DNA from: Lingula anatina
Lineage: Eukaryota; Animalia; Brachiopoda
Length of the DNA stretch: 64,000 nucleotides
Reading direction: 5' to 3'
Assembly (NCBI GenBank): GCA_051362555.1
Contig: CM120641.1
Location: 24,248,401-24,312,400 of the forward strand
The first letter of the stretch is position 1. The number at the start of each line of letters is the position of its first letter. Positions 12,993 through 43,498 of this stretch are shown in pieces. Position numbers and translations under genes: made by a program. The notes under the pieces were generated by a model that saw only the letters and a program-made list of their open reading frames with translations, ran no database searches and was not told the DNA's origin.

Positions 12993-14748
12993 TCAATTTG
13001 ATGGTCAGTTGTCTGTGACTTGTACCCAATTCTAACTTCAATTATTATTAACTCATAAAAAGATCTGTAACCTATAATATAGAATAAATACTCGAACACC
13101 CTTGAAACACCTAAATGAATTTGTAATCTTCATACTTTAAAACCAAGATTAATCATTCCAGGGGCGGATTTAGGCCATCTTCTGGGTCTTCCAGAAGACG
13201 GTCAGATTTTCAAGTTTACACTGACGGGTATCTAATGTTTTCTGTCGGAAGACGGGCAAAATGGAGGATGGATCAACAAAGATAATTTGGAAGACTGTCA
13301 GAAAATATCTCTGGATCCGCCCCTGCATTCACACACCTGTTTGCATTTTCCACTGCTGAACCAAAAAGGTCTTCAATGTTCTTTTTCAATTTTTTGATAG
13401 CCTGGACAGAAACATATCATTTTAATATTCAAAAAAGGTTTCAGAACCACCTGACAGATAAAAATATTTGATGTCAATAACCTTAGTGTACATAGACAAT
13501 TTTTATAAAGGTCTAAAAACTTCAAGTCATTAAAAAATTATACAGTATAACACAGGAAAAAGAGACATGCCACTACTTGCCAATGCACACCAAGATATAA
13601 AAAACATACACCCATGCATGTGTACTATATATGTTGTGTCTACACACATAACATATGTCTGTTGGGTTGTCATTACCTCCATGTCATATTTGCCATTGTT
13701 CCATTCGTACTCCTCTCCCTCTCCAAAGTGCTGGACATCAAAGGTAACGAGTCCAGTCATATAAGTTCTCAAAACAGCATGACTGAAAATTGATAATTTC
13801 ACCATACACAGAAATAATAAATACTGGGAGCAAAACTCTCAATGAATTAATTACTGGTAATTTTTGGTTGGAAATTTTTGCACCTCCTTTTGAATTAAAT
13901 TACAAGTTAATTGTTTGAATGAAGGGCTCCTTCACTGAAAGGAACCATTTTCACCTTCCAGAAGTCCCAGTAAAGATGAACAGCTTGTCTTTAGCAACCT
14001 CCAACTGTCTGGGTTCTGAGGACAGTTCCCCCAAAGCCAGTTCCCCAGCTTTCTTCAGTCTAGACTGAAACTCTATATTAAAGAGAAATAATAACCAATA
14101 ATCAATTAATTGTAATATAAAAGAAAAGAAATTTGATTTTTCATGAGAAAGTAACACTGATAATACATTTTAGGAGCAAAAAGAAATGAAAATAGGACAT
14201 AAAGAAAAAAAATTGTGTGTGACACATTTATGTGATTTATTTTTAGTGATGGTGAGCTGAATGATGCAGCATACTGTACAATGAGTCGTACCAGTATCCA
14301 TTAGTATCTACCTCCTTGGTGGGAAGCACACAGAACAGCTGACATGTACGTGTACGTGAAATAACTCATATAAAGCTACCAGTAAAATCCTATGTTTGAA
14401 TATATGGTCCACTATTTAAAGTCCACATAAAATACTCACTAATTAAAATACTTCATTACTGTTAGTATCTGATCATTTAATAAATAAAATGTTCGGCAGT
14501 GAAGTTTTAATCAAGTTAATATATTAATAATTTAACAAAATAATTGATGCATTCAGCATCATTGCCGCTGTGTGACCTCAATGTTACCTGCGCCTTATCA
14601 CGAAAATTCATGCACTAACGTTTTCTGATATCCAATGTTCAGATGCTACCACATACAGAATTTATCTGAAAAACGTGTCAACGCTACCTGGGCCGCTAAC
14701 GTAGCTGGGAGCTACTTTGAAACACATCATGATCGTGTTTGCCGTCAT
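8855..14748 (-). CDS. SMS: Spermine synthase, about 11 coding exons
   Basis: ATG at 14748 ([12 protein letters not shown]). Exons include 12655-12477 ([43 protein letters not shown]), 11916-11753 ([14 protein letters not shown]...[16 protein letters not shown]), 11468-11379 (IDEEVIKAC), 10323-10212 ([12 protein letters not shown]), 9224-9114 (AYVPSFRE) and 8885-8855 (YCLYEIWKV*). Confidence 0.93.
10357..10994. mobile_element. MITE family A (long TIRs, 8-bp TSD; hAT- or P-like), in an SMS intron
   Basis: TIRs of about 77 bp (CACCCTGAGCTTCAGAG...CTCTGAAGCTCAGGGTG); ACTGAAGC duplicated at 10349-10356 and 10995-11002; second copy at 16251. Confidence 0.93.
12897..13022. repeat. Palindrome of about 126 bp centred on (TA)n
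   Basis: CAAGTCACAGACAACTGACCATCAAATTGAACTT-(TA)n-AAGTTCAATTTGATGGTCAGTTGTCTGTGACTTG. Confidence 0.95.
13159..13325. mobile_element. MITE family D (CAGGGGCGGAT TIR, apparent 5-bp TSD)
   Basis: TIR CAGGGGCGGAT/ATCCGCCCCTG; CATTC on both flanks; second copy at 18058. Confidence 0.88.
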
Positions 14749-15200
14749 GGTTAGGTATCAGGTGCCGCTGACGCTGTCTCTCTCGTGCTGCTTTCTGACT
14801 TTAAGCGCTGAGAAATTCATGCGGCAAAGAAAAATCGGCAGTCGCAGCAAATATGCTACTTTGATAGATCTATTTGGTCTACGAGGTTTCAGAACCTGTC
14901 TGCTCAGTCCAGAGTTCAACGTGGGGTTGATAATAAAACTGGGAACAATTTGCTTGTCTGGTTTCTGGAACGACACCCGCAGCTTAAACCCGCTCGCTTC
15001 ACTAGCAGAGAGAGAGACAGAGAAAGACGGGAAAGAGTAGTTAGATGTCTGGGTGCTCTTCCGTGACAGAAAAAGAAAGGGAAAAAAACGCGTGAAATGG
15101 AAATTTCAGACAAAATTGATAAATTGGAATCTCTGTAAACAGGTCGGGAGACGAAATTTATTTTATTTATTTATTTATTTATTTATGGCATAGCAGCTAA
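14749..15200. promoter_or_regulatory. Probable divergent promoter, SMS / HR3
   Basis: CpG-rich segment directly upstream of the SMS ATG. + strand donor-like sites downstream (about 15591, 15833, 18551) suggest HR3 5' exons. Confidence 0.5.
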
Positions 15201-16250
15201 ATTTTAGGGTCGGTCGGTGTTTTACGTTTTAAGGAGGGGGGGGGGGGGCAAGGAGGCGCCCCTCAAGTATGAAAGCAATTAACAACATTAAATAATCCAC
15301 CCTACCGAACCAATGTCAAATGCATTATTTTCATTCGAAAATATGATATTTCTACGTGTTGCAAAAGACTGATTTCCTTATATTTGGGATTGGTCGCGCT
15401 CGTTCACCTTAATTACTTTACTACAAAAATTCGGAGTAGAGAAGGCTTGCTGATATTGCGTACCTATTAAAAGCTGGAAAGACTTTAACTCAATGTGTTT
15501 TCACGAGGAAAGGTTCAACATTTTTAAAGGAGCATGTTAAAGGGTTTGTCAGTTTGATTCGATTATCCGTTCCGTTTTCCTGGTAGGGCTGTAAGTATAA
15601 CAGTACAAAGACGCGCAAGCAATCTTGCCAATCTTCTGGATCTTTCCGATCTTTGTAATGGTGCATGATATTAAGTAAATCGATATATGTGTTTTAGGTA
15701 TACAATTTATTGTTTGCCTTCACGGATGTCAACCTGAAGACTATATAATATATTGGTTAGATGGGCATGCACCTTTTTTCCGAAAACAACACCAGAAAGA
15801 ACTGTTTCTACTAAAGAAACCCACTTAACCTGGTAAGCAAAACGACGTACTTTTATTTCAAACTGCCAATTTTTTTTTTTTTTTTTGACTTAATCATAAA
15901 TATGTTTTAGCATGAACAGTCAGAAGGGCAGATGACACTTGCGGATTTTATTTTTTTTTTTTTATTATTTTATTTATTATTGTGTGTGTGTGTGTGATCG
16001 ACTGACCTCAAAAGGTTTTTTGTTTCTAAAAATAACCTTTAAATTTTATACCTAATATAACGGCTCTACTTTTAACAAAGTAATATCTCATGCTTTTAAT
16101 CTGACGATGAAACGTGGGTTTTTTGACGTACTGGTGCATGGACATTCAGTACAGGTAACTTCCCAAGTCTATCTGTCTGTTCAATACTTCACCGGCTGAT
16201 TAATTTTCTCTTTAATTTAGGTCTTCATTCTTCTTAAAGTATACTTTTCT

Positions 16251-17140
16251 CACCCTGAGCTTCAGAGCTAACTTGACACTAACCTCTTCGATCACTGTAG
16301 CCTATCTTCATCGTGTCAAGTAACCTCTGACCAGATTCGATTGCCTCCGCCGCCCGCCAATCAAATTTAAAAGCCCGCACTCAATGACTCATTAAACGAT
16401 CTAGCCAATGAACGCGAACGAGTCAAAGCGCGCTTTGTTCAAATCCGGACCAATCAAAGATAAGGCTGAATATCAGGGTCTTGCCGTAACCTGTGGGCAG
16501 CACGCAAATAACATCGTCTCTCAGTAGATAATGATGCAGGGCCTCAAACTGCTAGACCCTATGGTTTCAATTCCGATTTACTCATATTTTGCAAAGAATC
16601 AAGAGATAACTTAACACATTCTTTTTCGTAGTCACTCGCCTCGCTTTCTTTGTGTACGGTAATACACTCGGAACTACTCGGATGTCTCCGCACTCGACAA
16701 TAACTTTGTTGTTAGTATGGAGCTTGCGGAATCAGCCGAGGATTGCCGATTGACGGTCAACCAATGAGCGTTTTCACCAAACTTTGGTGAAAAATTTTGA
16801 AACATGGATTTGATTGGCTTATATAAACTAGGTCAAACTATTTTCGTCAGAGGTTACTTGACACGATGAAGATAGGCTACAGTGAAGAGGTTACACCCCA
16901 TTCTCATAGATTAGATCGACCTACATTGGATCGACCTAACTCCCTGGGGGTTCACGCTAAATAGCTGTCAGCCGGGCGGACACTAAAGTTAATTACCAGT
17001 TAAAGCTTGTAGTAGGCGGGGACGGACACTTAAGGGGGATTATCTGACAGTAATCTAGTGAGACTCCCCGCGGTGATAGATCGATCTAAAAGTTGTGAGA
17101 ACAGAGCCATAGTGTCAAGTTAGCTCTGAAGCTCAGGGTG
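16251..17140. mobile_element. MITE family A, second copy, with MITE B nested in its right TIR
   Basis: Near-identical to 10357-10994; TSD ACTTTTCT at 16243-16250 and 17141-17148. Confidence 0.93.
16894..17108 (+). mobile_element. MITE family B (about 215 bp, imperfect TIRs, probable 3-bp TSD; PIF/Harbinger-like)
   Basis: Interrupts GGTTAGTGTC of MITE A, which is uninterrupted in copy 1; flanks TTA/ATA; homologous to 17838-18052 and 46121-46335. Confidence 0.88.
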
Positions 17141-17837
17141 ACTTTTCTACACGGAGGGTTAAAATTCATTGTACAAACACCATTTCCATTTATTTGTCTA
17201 ACTTTTAAAATCTGTGTCACCTCTTTTATTATTTATCATATTTTCATTTTATTCTTCATATGCAATCTTGTAAACGTCTGTTGAAACTAGACTGTGTAAA
17301 ACATGCATGCTTGTTACGTCAGATTAACCCCATGGGCTGTCAAAAATGAATAGAAAAAAATGACATACACTAAATCAGAGTTATGCGAGTATGATGAGAA
17401 AATTTCTTAGCTATTTTGATATTGAAGTATTTCTTCCGAGAAAAATAACGAATAAATTAAAACGTAACAATAGGTCGCACATCGGTAAGTAGGCCCTACG
17501 GCTACCATCGGTAGACACTTTCCCGAAAAAAATATAATAATAATGAAAAAAAAAAAGGAAAAGTAAAGAAAATAATCGGGATGTCCTTAACCACTTTTAA
17601 GTCTACTACATGTAGGTATAACCTGTTTTAACAGTATATCGGGGTTAAAACCTACCCTCTACCAGGGCCACAGGTTGATTTTTTACCAGATATTCACAGA
17701 TAGGGCCTATGTCTCTGGCACATTTCTCCACTGTGACACTCATGAAGACTCAAGGATAATTACAGGACTGGTAATTGTTGGAGAAAGTGTACATAATTAT
17801 CCAAATTATTATTCAGTAATGGCAGAAGGTAGTTAAA

Positions 17838-18052
17838 GGCTCTGTTCTCACAACTTTTAGATCGATCTATCACCGCGGGGAGTCTCACTAGATTACTGTC
17901 AGATAATCCGCCTTAAGTGTCCGTCCCCGCCTACTACAAGCTATAAGGGGTAATTAACTTTCGTGTCCGCCCGGCTGACAGCTATTTAGCGTGAACCCCC
18001 AGGGAGTTAGGTCGATCCAATGTAGGTCGATCTAATCTATGAGAATGGGGTG
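17838..18052 (-). mobile_element. MITE family B, inverted copy
   Basis: Reverse complement of 16894-17108 with few mismatches; AAA on both flanks. Confidence 0.88.
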
Positions 18053-18057
18053 AAACA

Positions 18058-18224
18058 CAGGGGCGGATTTAGGCCGTCTTCTGGGTCTTCCGGAAGACGG
18101 TCAGATTTTCAAGTTTACATTGACGGGTATCTATTTTTTCTGTCGGAAGACGGTCAAAAATGGAGGTTGGATCAACAAAGATAATTTGGAAGACTGTCAG
18201 AAAATATCTCTGAATCCGCCCCTG
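18058..18224. mobile_element. MITE family D, second copy
   Basis: Near-identical to 13159-13325; AAACA on both flanks. Confidence 0.88.
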
Positions 18225-21200
18225 AAACAGGTTAAACCCCACATTGGAAGAACGCTGCGTTTTCATTTGATTTGACCTACTGCCAAAAGATGTCAGCACT
18301 AGCTGTGAGCGCTGTTACGTTATGTTGATATACCTGACTGCCGTGACATACTGACATACTGACCAATTTTTCCCACAAATAAAATTCGTAATGCATTCGA
18401 TCTGACATACTGACCAACTTCTATTGCAAATGGCGACCAGGGTGGAATACATCAAATGGATTTGCTCTCGGAAATGCTGCTTTTAATCGAAATATTTGAG
18501 ATACCGTGGGTATTCTGATCTCTCATGCAGTAGACCCTACCGCATAAATGGTAAGAAAACGTGCAGAGCACAGTGTTAATGCTTGATTTTTTTTCTCATA
18601 GGTAAAGAGTCTGGCTTAAAATCAGCTGACCTAAATATGAAACTAGATAAAAGGACAAAATCGTGCAAACGTTTTGATGAGTTTTTTCCTCATTCCAAGG
18701 AATTCTCTTAGTAGATACTGCACGCTTGTGCACAGCGACTTTATGAAAGAAAACTGGATTTAACGGGATAAGTACATTTGAATGAATAAACTTATGTAAC
18801 AATTTAGGCTAGGCCTGCATATCCTTGCATACACATTTTTCGAGTAACTTTTCCACCAATAGTATTTCAATGGTGCCTAGAAATATCAGTGTATTTCTTT
18901 TGGTACGTATAGACAGTTCAAATATAAAATATAGCCCCTATTGTAATTTGGGACTACTCAAATATTGTTTGTATAAGAACAATATAAAAATTGTATACAT
19001 GTTAGAATATCACGTTTAATAAAAAAAAAGTCCAGTTTTAGAAAGAAGAGGCCGTTAACAAGATGAGTTTTTCGTCACTATATGAGATCGTATCTTTTAC
19101 ACCTGTAACGCGCCGGGTAAACATGTAATTGAATCAAACCTCGCCAGGTGGCAGCATAGTCTTGGCCTAAGATGAAGTGTGGAGACTTTGAAGGAAAATA
19201 ATTGTATTTTTTATTCATCTTGGTATGTTATATCCCATGGTATCTGATTTGAACATATTATTTTGTATTTTATGAAAAAAATAATTTCCCACCATGCTTA
19301 ATTTTGAGGCCCGGGAATGAGGCCATGGCCGCCTAAAGGTCACCAGGGGGTTAATGTATGTTAATGTCATGCGGGCGACCTTTAGCATAATAATCCAGTT
19401 TCGCGGTGGTTGATCTTATCAGTGATTTTGGAAAAGTTAACGGTGAAATCCCATCGATACACCAAGTAAACATCAATGATTTAGTAGCAAGATGACTACA
19501 AATATGAAAGGTAGGTCGAATTTTGTTGAGATGGAGAGAAAATCAACGGAAATCTTTGGAATGCGGGAGTGTTTACGATCTAGGCCTGGTAAATCAATAT
19601 GGCGGACCTCTCCATGTGGATTTCTCTTCCTTTTCACAATCATAACTCGCACAATATCTGCACAAGAACACACACTATAGGGTTTATTTACATGGACTGA
19701 CATTATTGTGTAATCACTGAAATACAGTCCATTATGCAAATTTATTGTTTGCGAATTAACGAATAATATTTTGAATAAAAGACTGCGAATAGTTGCTCTT
19801 TTGGAAATATATTCAGGTGTCTCTGTTACTGTTTTGGGTGTCATCTTCTCAGTCATAATTGTCAGCCCTTAAGTCCCCCTAAAAAGTTTGCTTATCTTTG
19901 TCTTATACATATGCACTGTTTGCATTCCAAATATTTTAGAACATTTTGGTGTATGGCTATGGCATCTTTGCAGGTGGTGGGAGGGGTCTGTGTGTACCTA
20001 TACCTCTTTGCATGTAACAAAATGAATAAACTTTTAAAAATATCCAATATGTTTTAAGGATAGATTTTTTTGCATCTCACTCATTGAATCCTAAGATTTA
20101 GATGATAATGCAACTGCAGTTTCGTGTGCAAGAGGACTCTCAGACTATATAGGTTTGATTAGTTTGTAACTAGACATGCCACTTAGGTGTAATTACAGTT
20201 GAGAATCAATACATGTGTAACTGTTTACACCTCTAAGGCCCAATCTTACATGTTTGTTTTTGTTGTTTTTCAATGCTCAGTGGAAAAGAATAAGAAAAAT
20301 ATTCTCTGATTTTCAAAAGCAGTGCACTTTCAGTCTACCAGGTTATTTGATTTTTGATTTGAATGACTTTATTGGGTACAAGATTATATACAAGATTATT
20401 AAAAGAGCATAATAAAACAACTTGCAACTAATAGTACGACGTCACTTTAAAATAATACAAAAATAAGATTGTACCCAAAAGGGTTTGCCTAAAGGGTCAA
20501 TGACCCATGAATGGACACCCCCAATGATATACAAATGATAAAAAATAAAAACTCTACTTTAGTACTAAAAACGACAATGTGTACATCTAAAAACGACAAT
20601 GTGTACATCTGCAACGACCCATCCAAGTGCAAACGTTCTCGGGGTCAAAGCGCTCCACCAGAAGAGTACTATAGTTAGCTGTTGGTCCAAGGCAATTGAC
20701 AGTTTACCTGGATGATGGACATAATTAGGTTTTTTCAAAGTCTCTTGTTTAATGGAACTTGCAGAAGTTTAAGTTTTTTTAGATTATTTTTTTAGCTACT
20801 AAATATTTTATTTGGTAAACTTATATTCAAAAGTGTTAACCAGTAGGCTGGAGAGTTGATGGCACAGTCTGATATGAGAAAAACTTCTGTACTGTAAGTT
20901 ACAGACAAACTGTGAAAGGGCATTTTCCATGAAGCACTCACTCAATATATTGTTAAAGAAAGTTTGAACAATGTAGACTTTAAATAAGCACATTTATTTA
21001 GTAAATGATGATCATGTTTGATGCCTGATTCTTGGAGGGGATGTAACTAACAATGTTAAACATAATAACTTACTTGCTAAACCAGTCACAAAGAGAATAA
21101 GACATTAAGGTGTAGATATGTTACATTGTAGACAGCAAATATGGTTAGGTATGTGGCAAGCTTAAATGATAGTTTGTAGTCATTAGAATTAAGAGAAGTT

Positions 21201-21248
21201 AATTGTTAAAATATGCTAGAACTGATAAAGTTGTTTGTTATTTTCTAG

Positions 21249-37777
<16,529 letters not shown>

Positions 37778-40700
37778 TTGACTGACAGTGGGGGGCTGGG
37801 GGAATAGGAAAGACAAGACCAACTGCAGCATTTAACCTACTGCCAGAGATACAACATTAGAGTCATTATATGTACATAGTTCCTTCATCAGTACATCTTG
37901 CATAACATTGGTATATGGTGAGAACAGAGTCAGGAAGTTGCTGAACTGTTGATGTCTGTAAACCATTTGTGTATCACCACAGAAGTCATCTTTGTACCTG
38001 AATATAATATAGTTTTCTGGGTTTGGAGATTTGGAGAAGTTTGTGCCATACCAGCAGAAACTGGGATTTATTTTTCTGGCAAAACCAGTTTACAGTGTCA
38101 TCAATGTGTCTTTTTACCCTGTCTTATCCGCATTTTACAGCCAGGTCTATGTTAAATTGAGTTCTCCAGCATTCCATCCACTATTTCTGTTCCCTCTCCA
38201 TTGTTGCCAGTTGCTGAGATCAAATAATAAATTGGCTGTTGCGACAGGGGTCTTATAAAGCACCATCTTTGGTATTGGTGCTTGAAATTGTTTAAATTTT
38301 AAGACTGTGTATGGTTGTTCAAATTCTATGATGTATTTTCAAGAAAAATGATAGTATGCCTTGTCAAGGCAAAATGTTGCTTGGCATGTATGTTATGTTA
38401 CCCATTTGATTTTAGCTTGGGATCTGTAAAGTGTTCATATCTACAGTGCAAGATATCACCTTTTTGTTTTAAGTATGAAATAGTTGTATAAAAATACCTG
38501 TGAAACATTATTCATTTAATTAACTGCTGATATATTTGATATTGATATTTCTCGTGTACTAGCACCACATCAGGGTGCATTTTGAAAAAAGGAAGTATAA
38601 TTTCTTTTTAAGATCTATTATGTAAAGAAAGAGTGCTAAGGGAATTTCAGTCTTGTAAGTATGGGATTTTTAAAATTTTCATTACCTTCTGTCTACACCA
38701 GTATGCAAGAAAAAATGGCAGCATTAGCCATTCTTAAATGCAAAATTTACTGTGGCCCCTTTTTTGTTGGGGCTGGTATGCAAGCCCAGGATGTCCTTTC
38801 CTGGCTACTAGATGGCAGCACAGTGCATCCATGAAACAAGACAGTACATTAGTGGTCAGTTGGTCCTATATGCATGTTTGTTGTAGACATTAAGGAAAAA
38901 TATTTTTCTTATTTTCTTCAGTGCTTGATTTGCAATTCATTTGTATTTTGAAAGATCTCGGACTTCAGATGGAATTTTATTGAAACATCGATAAAGATTT
39001 GGATGCGTTTTTTCTGCATGTGAAATGGTGTTTAAAGCAATCAGTTCTACTCTTGAAGTGGTTGGTTCTCCCCTTTCCTGCAGAGGAGCTTCTTTAAAGA
39101 AAATGATAATTTGTAATCTAGAATTATGATAGTTATAGAGAGAACTAAAAGTAAATTGATTTTATTTTATTTAGCTGTAAATATGCACTGTGCTTTGTAG
39201 GGCAATTATTCAACAGCTTCTACATAAACATTCCTTGCCAAAATACATTTAGCAATCTTTTGCATGTAATTTGTATAGCTTTAGTTTTGCCTTGATGTTC
39301 ATTTTGAGTACAAAAAGTGATGCTTGTTTGTAACCTTAGGTCCTTGTATCCATTGGCATTGTCCATTGACAAGCATTAATAATATTATTGCAAATAATGT
39401 AATGTGTACAGAAGTATTGGAAATATAAAAGAAAAGGAAAGTAATGATTTTGAAACTGAACCTGTATCACTTCAGAAGAAATGGATGGTTATCTGATGAT
39501 GGGTAACAAGCAAGATTCATGGCAACAACTCCTGTATGCAGAGGTCACGCTTGTGTCCATAGGTTTTGTAAATACTGCTTTTACAATCATTCGCATGGAT
39601 AGGAGAGTGTTTGAAGGAAAAAAGGGGACTATAATGCGCTCCATGCAATACTATGTAATATCATTAACAAGTGCTTCCCAAATAGAGCTGAATTATATCA
39701 ATTTTATTTCAAGGAGATAAAAAAGGAAACTAATAGGCTATTATAAAAGACTTCATTGTAACAGTTTGTGAGACTAACTTAAGAATATTGCAAACAATTT
39801 ATGTTATTTGTGGCAATCATTTTGCATTCATCTTTACAATTAATCAAAGCGGTAATGCTATAGAAAAATTCATATGCCATAGAATAATTTCACATTCACT
39901 TATATAATTTTGAACCATTCAAAAGATTCAAGTTCATTGGGGATCAAAGCAATTCAGAGGTTGGTTAATCTGGAGCATTTAAAGACAATGGGGGGGAATT
40001 TGATGGAATTCTTTTGCACCCTGGTTTATGTTTTAACTCGTCTCTTCTATTTAGAGGATGTCAAGAAAAAGGGGGCAGCCATTTTTAAGTATCCAGTATT
40101 GTGCAATGACCTAACATTTCTTCTAAATTACTTCCCCCCCCCCCCCCAAATTGATGGACATATCATTGCCAGAAAGAAGCAATATTCAAATATAATCATA
40201 TGTATGCTGTACTGTATTTGTAGCCTTCAGTTCTATAAATTTTAATGTATATTCATGTGAATAGAAATCAATTATTAGGCAGTTTTATCATTACATATAA
40301 ATTTCTGTAGAGGAGGAAAATATTTTCATATGATCAAGAAAGCAATGTAGCATATGGGCACAGAACTATTGACAAATTGTGTAAAATTCTATTTTTTTCC
40401 TCAATTTGCATTTATCCCGAGGGATGCACACCAATAAACGGTATCAGCAATCACTTGTGTTTGTGTATTGTGATATTTAATTCTATTTTTTTTTTTTTTT
40501 TTCAAAAAGAGGGGGGGGGGGTGCTACACCTCACTCTGGTATCTGTGTACATTTTACGCTAGAAAGACCCATAATCAGAACTTTTAAGATGTTGAATGAT
40601 GGTACTTTTGATCTATTAATCTGCCAAAACTATCTCTGGGCACAGAGATGATTAATGTAGTGATGCGACTCTTCTGTACGCAAAGTACTCTCCATCCCCA

Positions 40701-41022
40701 ATGACAACCCAAAATGGCAGCCCTCTGCTGATAATGTCGATTTGTGAAAGGGTGAAATATGGAGTGCTTGAGCTAAGTGACGAAAACCCTTTGCTGCAAA
40801 TGTTTTCTAAAATTTGGTATCTAGTTAAATGAAAGTTTCAAGTATAGTTTACCAAAATATATAAAATACTTTTAAAACATCAGACATGCACTAAGACAAA
40901 TGCATTTATTGATTTGTATTTAAAAGTCTAATAATGGGTGTAAACATTAAAATTTTGCACGATTTGTGACCACTTGCATTTCATATTCAAATTTGACTCT
41001 TAAGAACACATTGAGATTACAA

Positions 41023-41991
41023 CAGGCCTTCCCAACTACCAGACTCGGCACCTACGGGTCCAGAATAAACCGGTATATCTGACCACACTACCCGTTTTCA
41101 AGGTGTGTGTCAGATCGCATAAAAGAGTATCATACCCTATCACAAATTCTGTAAGTCTACCTGTCATTCGGGTATCGCGCCTCGTTTTCGTCAAGTAGGA
41201 GTCGTATAAATACAACAGACGACTCCCTCAATCAGGGGGTGGAAACGCGCTACTTATATGATTAAGACGAGCCTAGTCGTCAGTACCGGTTATTGTTTTG
41301 TGACCTTGAGGAGCAATTAGGTTTGGTCGTTGTGGCACGCATGAACAGTAGTTGAACTACCACACCTGGGTCTTTTGTTTTTGACAGCTGTTCACTCGTC
41401 ATCGAGGCGCTTGTTCAAGACTACAGTCTGATATCTACTAGTAGGCCTACTACCAGTGGCTTCATTAGTAACGTTCCCACAATACTTGAGTTTTCTGTCC
41501 GTGCGTACAAACTCTGAAAAAGGACAGCCTCGCTGACGAGAACAATGGACGTTTCTCACCCCTCTCTAGGATTACCCCTGCCCTCAATATCGTCCATCCC
41601 GGTTGTCATGAAAATATTTAGCCCCCGACAGAATATGCTTCCGCTATCAAAATTAGGTCTACTTTTCTAAATTAATATATAAGTTTGCAAGTTCTTATTT
41701 ACAAACATCATTGGCTATGTCCGAACCTAAATTTTATGTTAAAAATTGCGGTACTGTCAGATTTTAGCATAAACAGAGAAAATTGCAGCAGCGCATGAAT
41801 CTAGATGAGATGCACTACTTTCCAACCCCGCTTAGGATCATTGCTATCACATCGCGCACCAGGCAAAATCGGTGTGGTGGCTGATATTCTGTAATGCGAT
41901 CTGACACACACCTTGAAAACGGGTAGTGTGGTCTGATAAACCGGTTTATACTGGACCCGTAGGTGCCGAGTCTGGTAGTTGGGAAGGCCTG
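41023..41991. mobile_element. Non-autonomous DNA transposon E (TIRs about 98 bp, apparent 6-bp TSD, hAT-like termini)
   Basis: CAGGCCTTCCCAACTACCAGACTCGGCACC...GGTGCCGAGTCTGGTAGTTGGGAAGGCCTG; TTACAA at 41017-41022 and 41992-41997; CpG-rich interior without a long ORF. Confidence 0.92.
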
Positions 41992-43498
41992 TTACAAGAA
42001 ATACTAAGACTTCAATATCACAAAGTCACCACCACAAATGTACCATGTAGGACAATCATACACATTTCTCTATATTTGCTTAAACATAAAAAGCCCTTTA
42101 CAAGTAATATTGGAAGCCATAATTTAACACTCACAATGAAAATTAAGTAAACAGTTATATAAAAAGTCCAAAAATATTGTATCAAAGCAATAATAGATAA
42201 AAAGAGGTACTTATCATTCTGCCAGGATTTCACTTCTGTTATTACCGCAAGCATTATGTATAAAATTAGCAGCATAAAACATTTTCTACCCACTTAGTAT
42301 ACTTAATGCATAAAATATATTCACTTTATTACCACTAACATTACATATTTTTCAATCCAACCTCACCCATTATCAAAAATTTGTATCTTTTAAGCTCAGC
42401 GCCATAGCAAAATCTGAAGTTGGAATATAATTGTTATTTATAATGGTTAAAGATGGCTTGGAATGGTAGCCCCAGCAATTGAAGTCCAGGGCCCCTTCGG
42501 ATTAGTACAAGTTAAGGTTAGCTGGAAATGTCAGTGTTAGTATAATGGACAAAAATCACCTGTACAACATAACTGGAAATGAACTACCATTTCATATTAA
42601 CCTACCTACAGAGAGGTAGCTGCACATAAAACAGTGTAGAAACTGTATTTTTTTTTTTTAATTAAAATTAGCACCAAGCCCCAACACCATTAGGCGAAAG
42701 TTAAAAAGTTGAGCATGTTTCACTGTCTAATTAAAACATTACAAGCCAGCACTTAATAAATGAAGCAAGTCTAAACTTTCTTCCTGTGTCTGATCCCATA
42801 TATGATCTTGCGCCATATTTATACCCCCTTTTTTTTGTACACTTCATATCTAAAATAAATAACACCAAACCAAAAGAAGGAAAAAAACAGGCAAAAGATT
42901 AAATTGTAGAGCAATTGCTTTCCACTTAAATATTACAAATGCACAATTAAAACAGAGTGACTTATTAACTTTTCCTATAAACCCCTTGACCTTAGAAAAG
43001 ACATTCATAATGATTCTACATCTCCTTAAGATATTGGTGTAAAAATATATCAAAATTACACAAAATAACACATATATAATGTGTTATAAATAACACAAAT
43101 TTCATTTTCATGACACAATTTACTCCAGGGCCCTAAAAGTGGCCTTTTAGATTCGCTGTTAGAGGCAAGTTTGTCAGCAAAAATTCTTGGCAATTATTGC
43201 TTATACTGATTCTTCCCTTTACTGGTTTGGCAGAACATGTCCCTGGTGAAGACAGTCCCCACAAAAACTTTTTTAGAAGTCAGATACCCCCCCCCCCCCC
43301 CCCCCCCCCCGTTATGATTTATCAATTCAACAGTTAGTATAACTATCTATCCCAAATACCCATTGCGTTAAATATATCTAACTATGGCATATTAAAATTT
43401 TAGCAGCTGATGTAAAAGGCTTTCTGTGAATACTGGCAGATCTAAAATCCCCTCCCAACCCATCTCAGCACTACACATCCCACCATTACCACTTTTTC

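Noticed and set aside
18429-18550. Possible first coding exon of HR3 ending ATG|GTAAGA
   Set aside because: All frames contain stops and the terminal ATG is phase 0, while exon 21249 needs phase 1. At most a 5'UTR exon.
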